DNA of 32,000 nt. It comes from Prochlorococcus marinus subsp. pastoris str. CCMP1986 (lineage in GTDB: Bacteria > Cyanobacteriota > Cyanobacteriia > PCC-6307 > Cyanobiaceae). Of this stretch, positions 31,714 to 32,000 are shown piece by piece. The stretch is from contig NC_005072.1 of the NCBI RefSeq assembly GCF_000011465.1, positions 960,001 through 992,000 on the forward strand, in the 5' to 3' direction. The translations under genes were made by a program, and so were the position numbers. Positions within the stretch are counted from its first letter, which is position 1; each line of letters begins with the position of its first letter. The notes below the pieces were generated by a model. That model was not told the origin of the DNA. It did no database searches and saw only the letters and a list, made by a program, of their open reading frames with translations.

Positions 31714-32000
31714 TCATTGAAATAATTCCTGCACCATTAAAAATAGGTTTTGAAATTTCATTTTGCGACCAAGCTTTTTGAGATGAAATCCATATTGGAA
31801 TATAAGGTATTGATTCTGAAGCTATTTTCTCTATTTCAATTAATTTCGCTAATCTTTCTTTACCGTTTAAATTTTCGCTATCAAGAAATAAATCTTCTAC
31901 TGTATTCGATCCCCAAAAACTTCCGCTGTAAACTGATTCTCCTTTTATACAGTTTTTACCATCTATTTCACTGCAACTTAGAAGGGGTGTTAAATATGCC
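31688..32000 (-). CDS. C-terminal part of a family-5 (peptide/nickel-type) ABC substrate-binding protein; the gene continues beyond the window
   Basis: Hand translation is open from the window edge: …GSFWGSNTVEDLFLDSENLNGKERLAKLIEIEKIASESIPYIPIWISSQKAWSQNEISKPIFNGAGIISMSDLKFINE*. It sits upstream of, and overlaps, the permease gene. It is absent from the track because it has no start in the window. Confidence 0.7.
   Translation of the reverse strand, partial: AYLTPLLSCSEIDGKNCIKGESVYSGSFWGSNTVEDLFLDSENLNGKERLAKLIEIEKIASESIPYIPIWISSQKAWSQNEISKPIFNGAGIISMSDLKFINE

Noticed and set aside
1-32000. Search for tRNA, rRNA, CRISPR arrays, IS elements, integrases or prophage genes that might mark a genomic island
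   Set aside because: I could find no T-loop/GTTCGA-type tRNA signatures outside CDSs, no regularly spaced direct repeats and no transposase- or integrase-like ORFs. The small-ORF-rich left half therefore cannot be called a mobile island from this window alone.

Overview
This is a very AT-rich, gene-dense cyanobacterial chromosome segment. Its gene content points to a high-light-adapted Prochlorococcus-like marine picocyanobacterium: two PAP/fibrillin genes, a lumenal-type pentapeptide-repeat protein, a hotdog thioesterase, a Fur/Zur-znuABC cluster, and an exact match to the Yfr1 sRNA core motif. Bases 1-13,400 are a mosaic of short hypothetical ORFs, many encoding single-TM microproteins and several below the 60-aa cut-off of the supplied ORF track. 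Recognisable genes are scattered among them: a thioesterase, a membrane-anchored Mrr-like nuclease-domain protein, MAPEG, DUF1330-like, a Nif11-domain protein, a TM2-like protein, OsmC and a DUF1499-like protein. Bases 13,400-19,500 hold a zinc-homeostasis locus, ordered znuB(-), zur(+), znuC(-), znuA(+), COG0523 GTPase(+) and a WD40 protein(+), with Fur/Zur-type palindromes in the divergent promoters. The most unusual observation is that ZnuA and the COG0523 protein carry what looks like the same ~110-aa module inserted into their His-rich loops. A WD40 beta-propeller gene is also translationally coupled to the COG0523 gene. Bases 19,500-20,570 are mostly non-coding (one 57-aa Cys-rich ORF at 19511-19684 and a possible 47-aa ORF at 20301-20444 aside) and contain strong hairpins and a terminator, so they may encode an ncRNA. 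Bases 21,470-24,730 are a tightly coupled operon of circularly permuted ATP-grasp, alpha-E and transglutaminase genes, a conserved but functionally unresolved system. The rest of the window encodes a cupin-like protein, a pentapeptide-repeat protein, a pfkB kinase operon, an MFS transporter, a secreted alpha/beta hydrolase, and the permease and substrate-binding genes of a peptide/nickel-type ABC importer. I found no rRNA, tRNA, CRISPR array, transposase or integrase.
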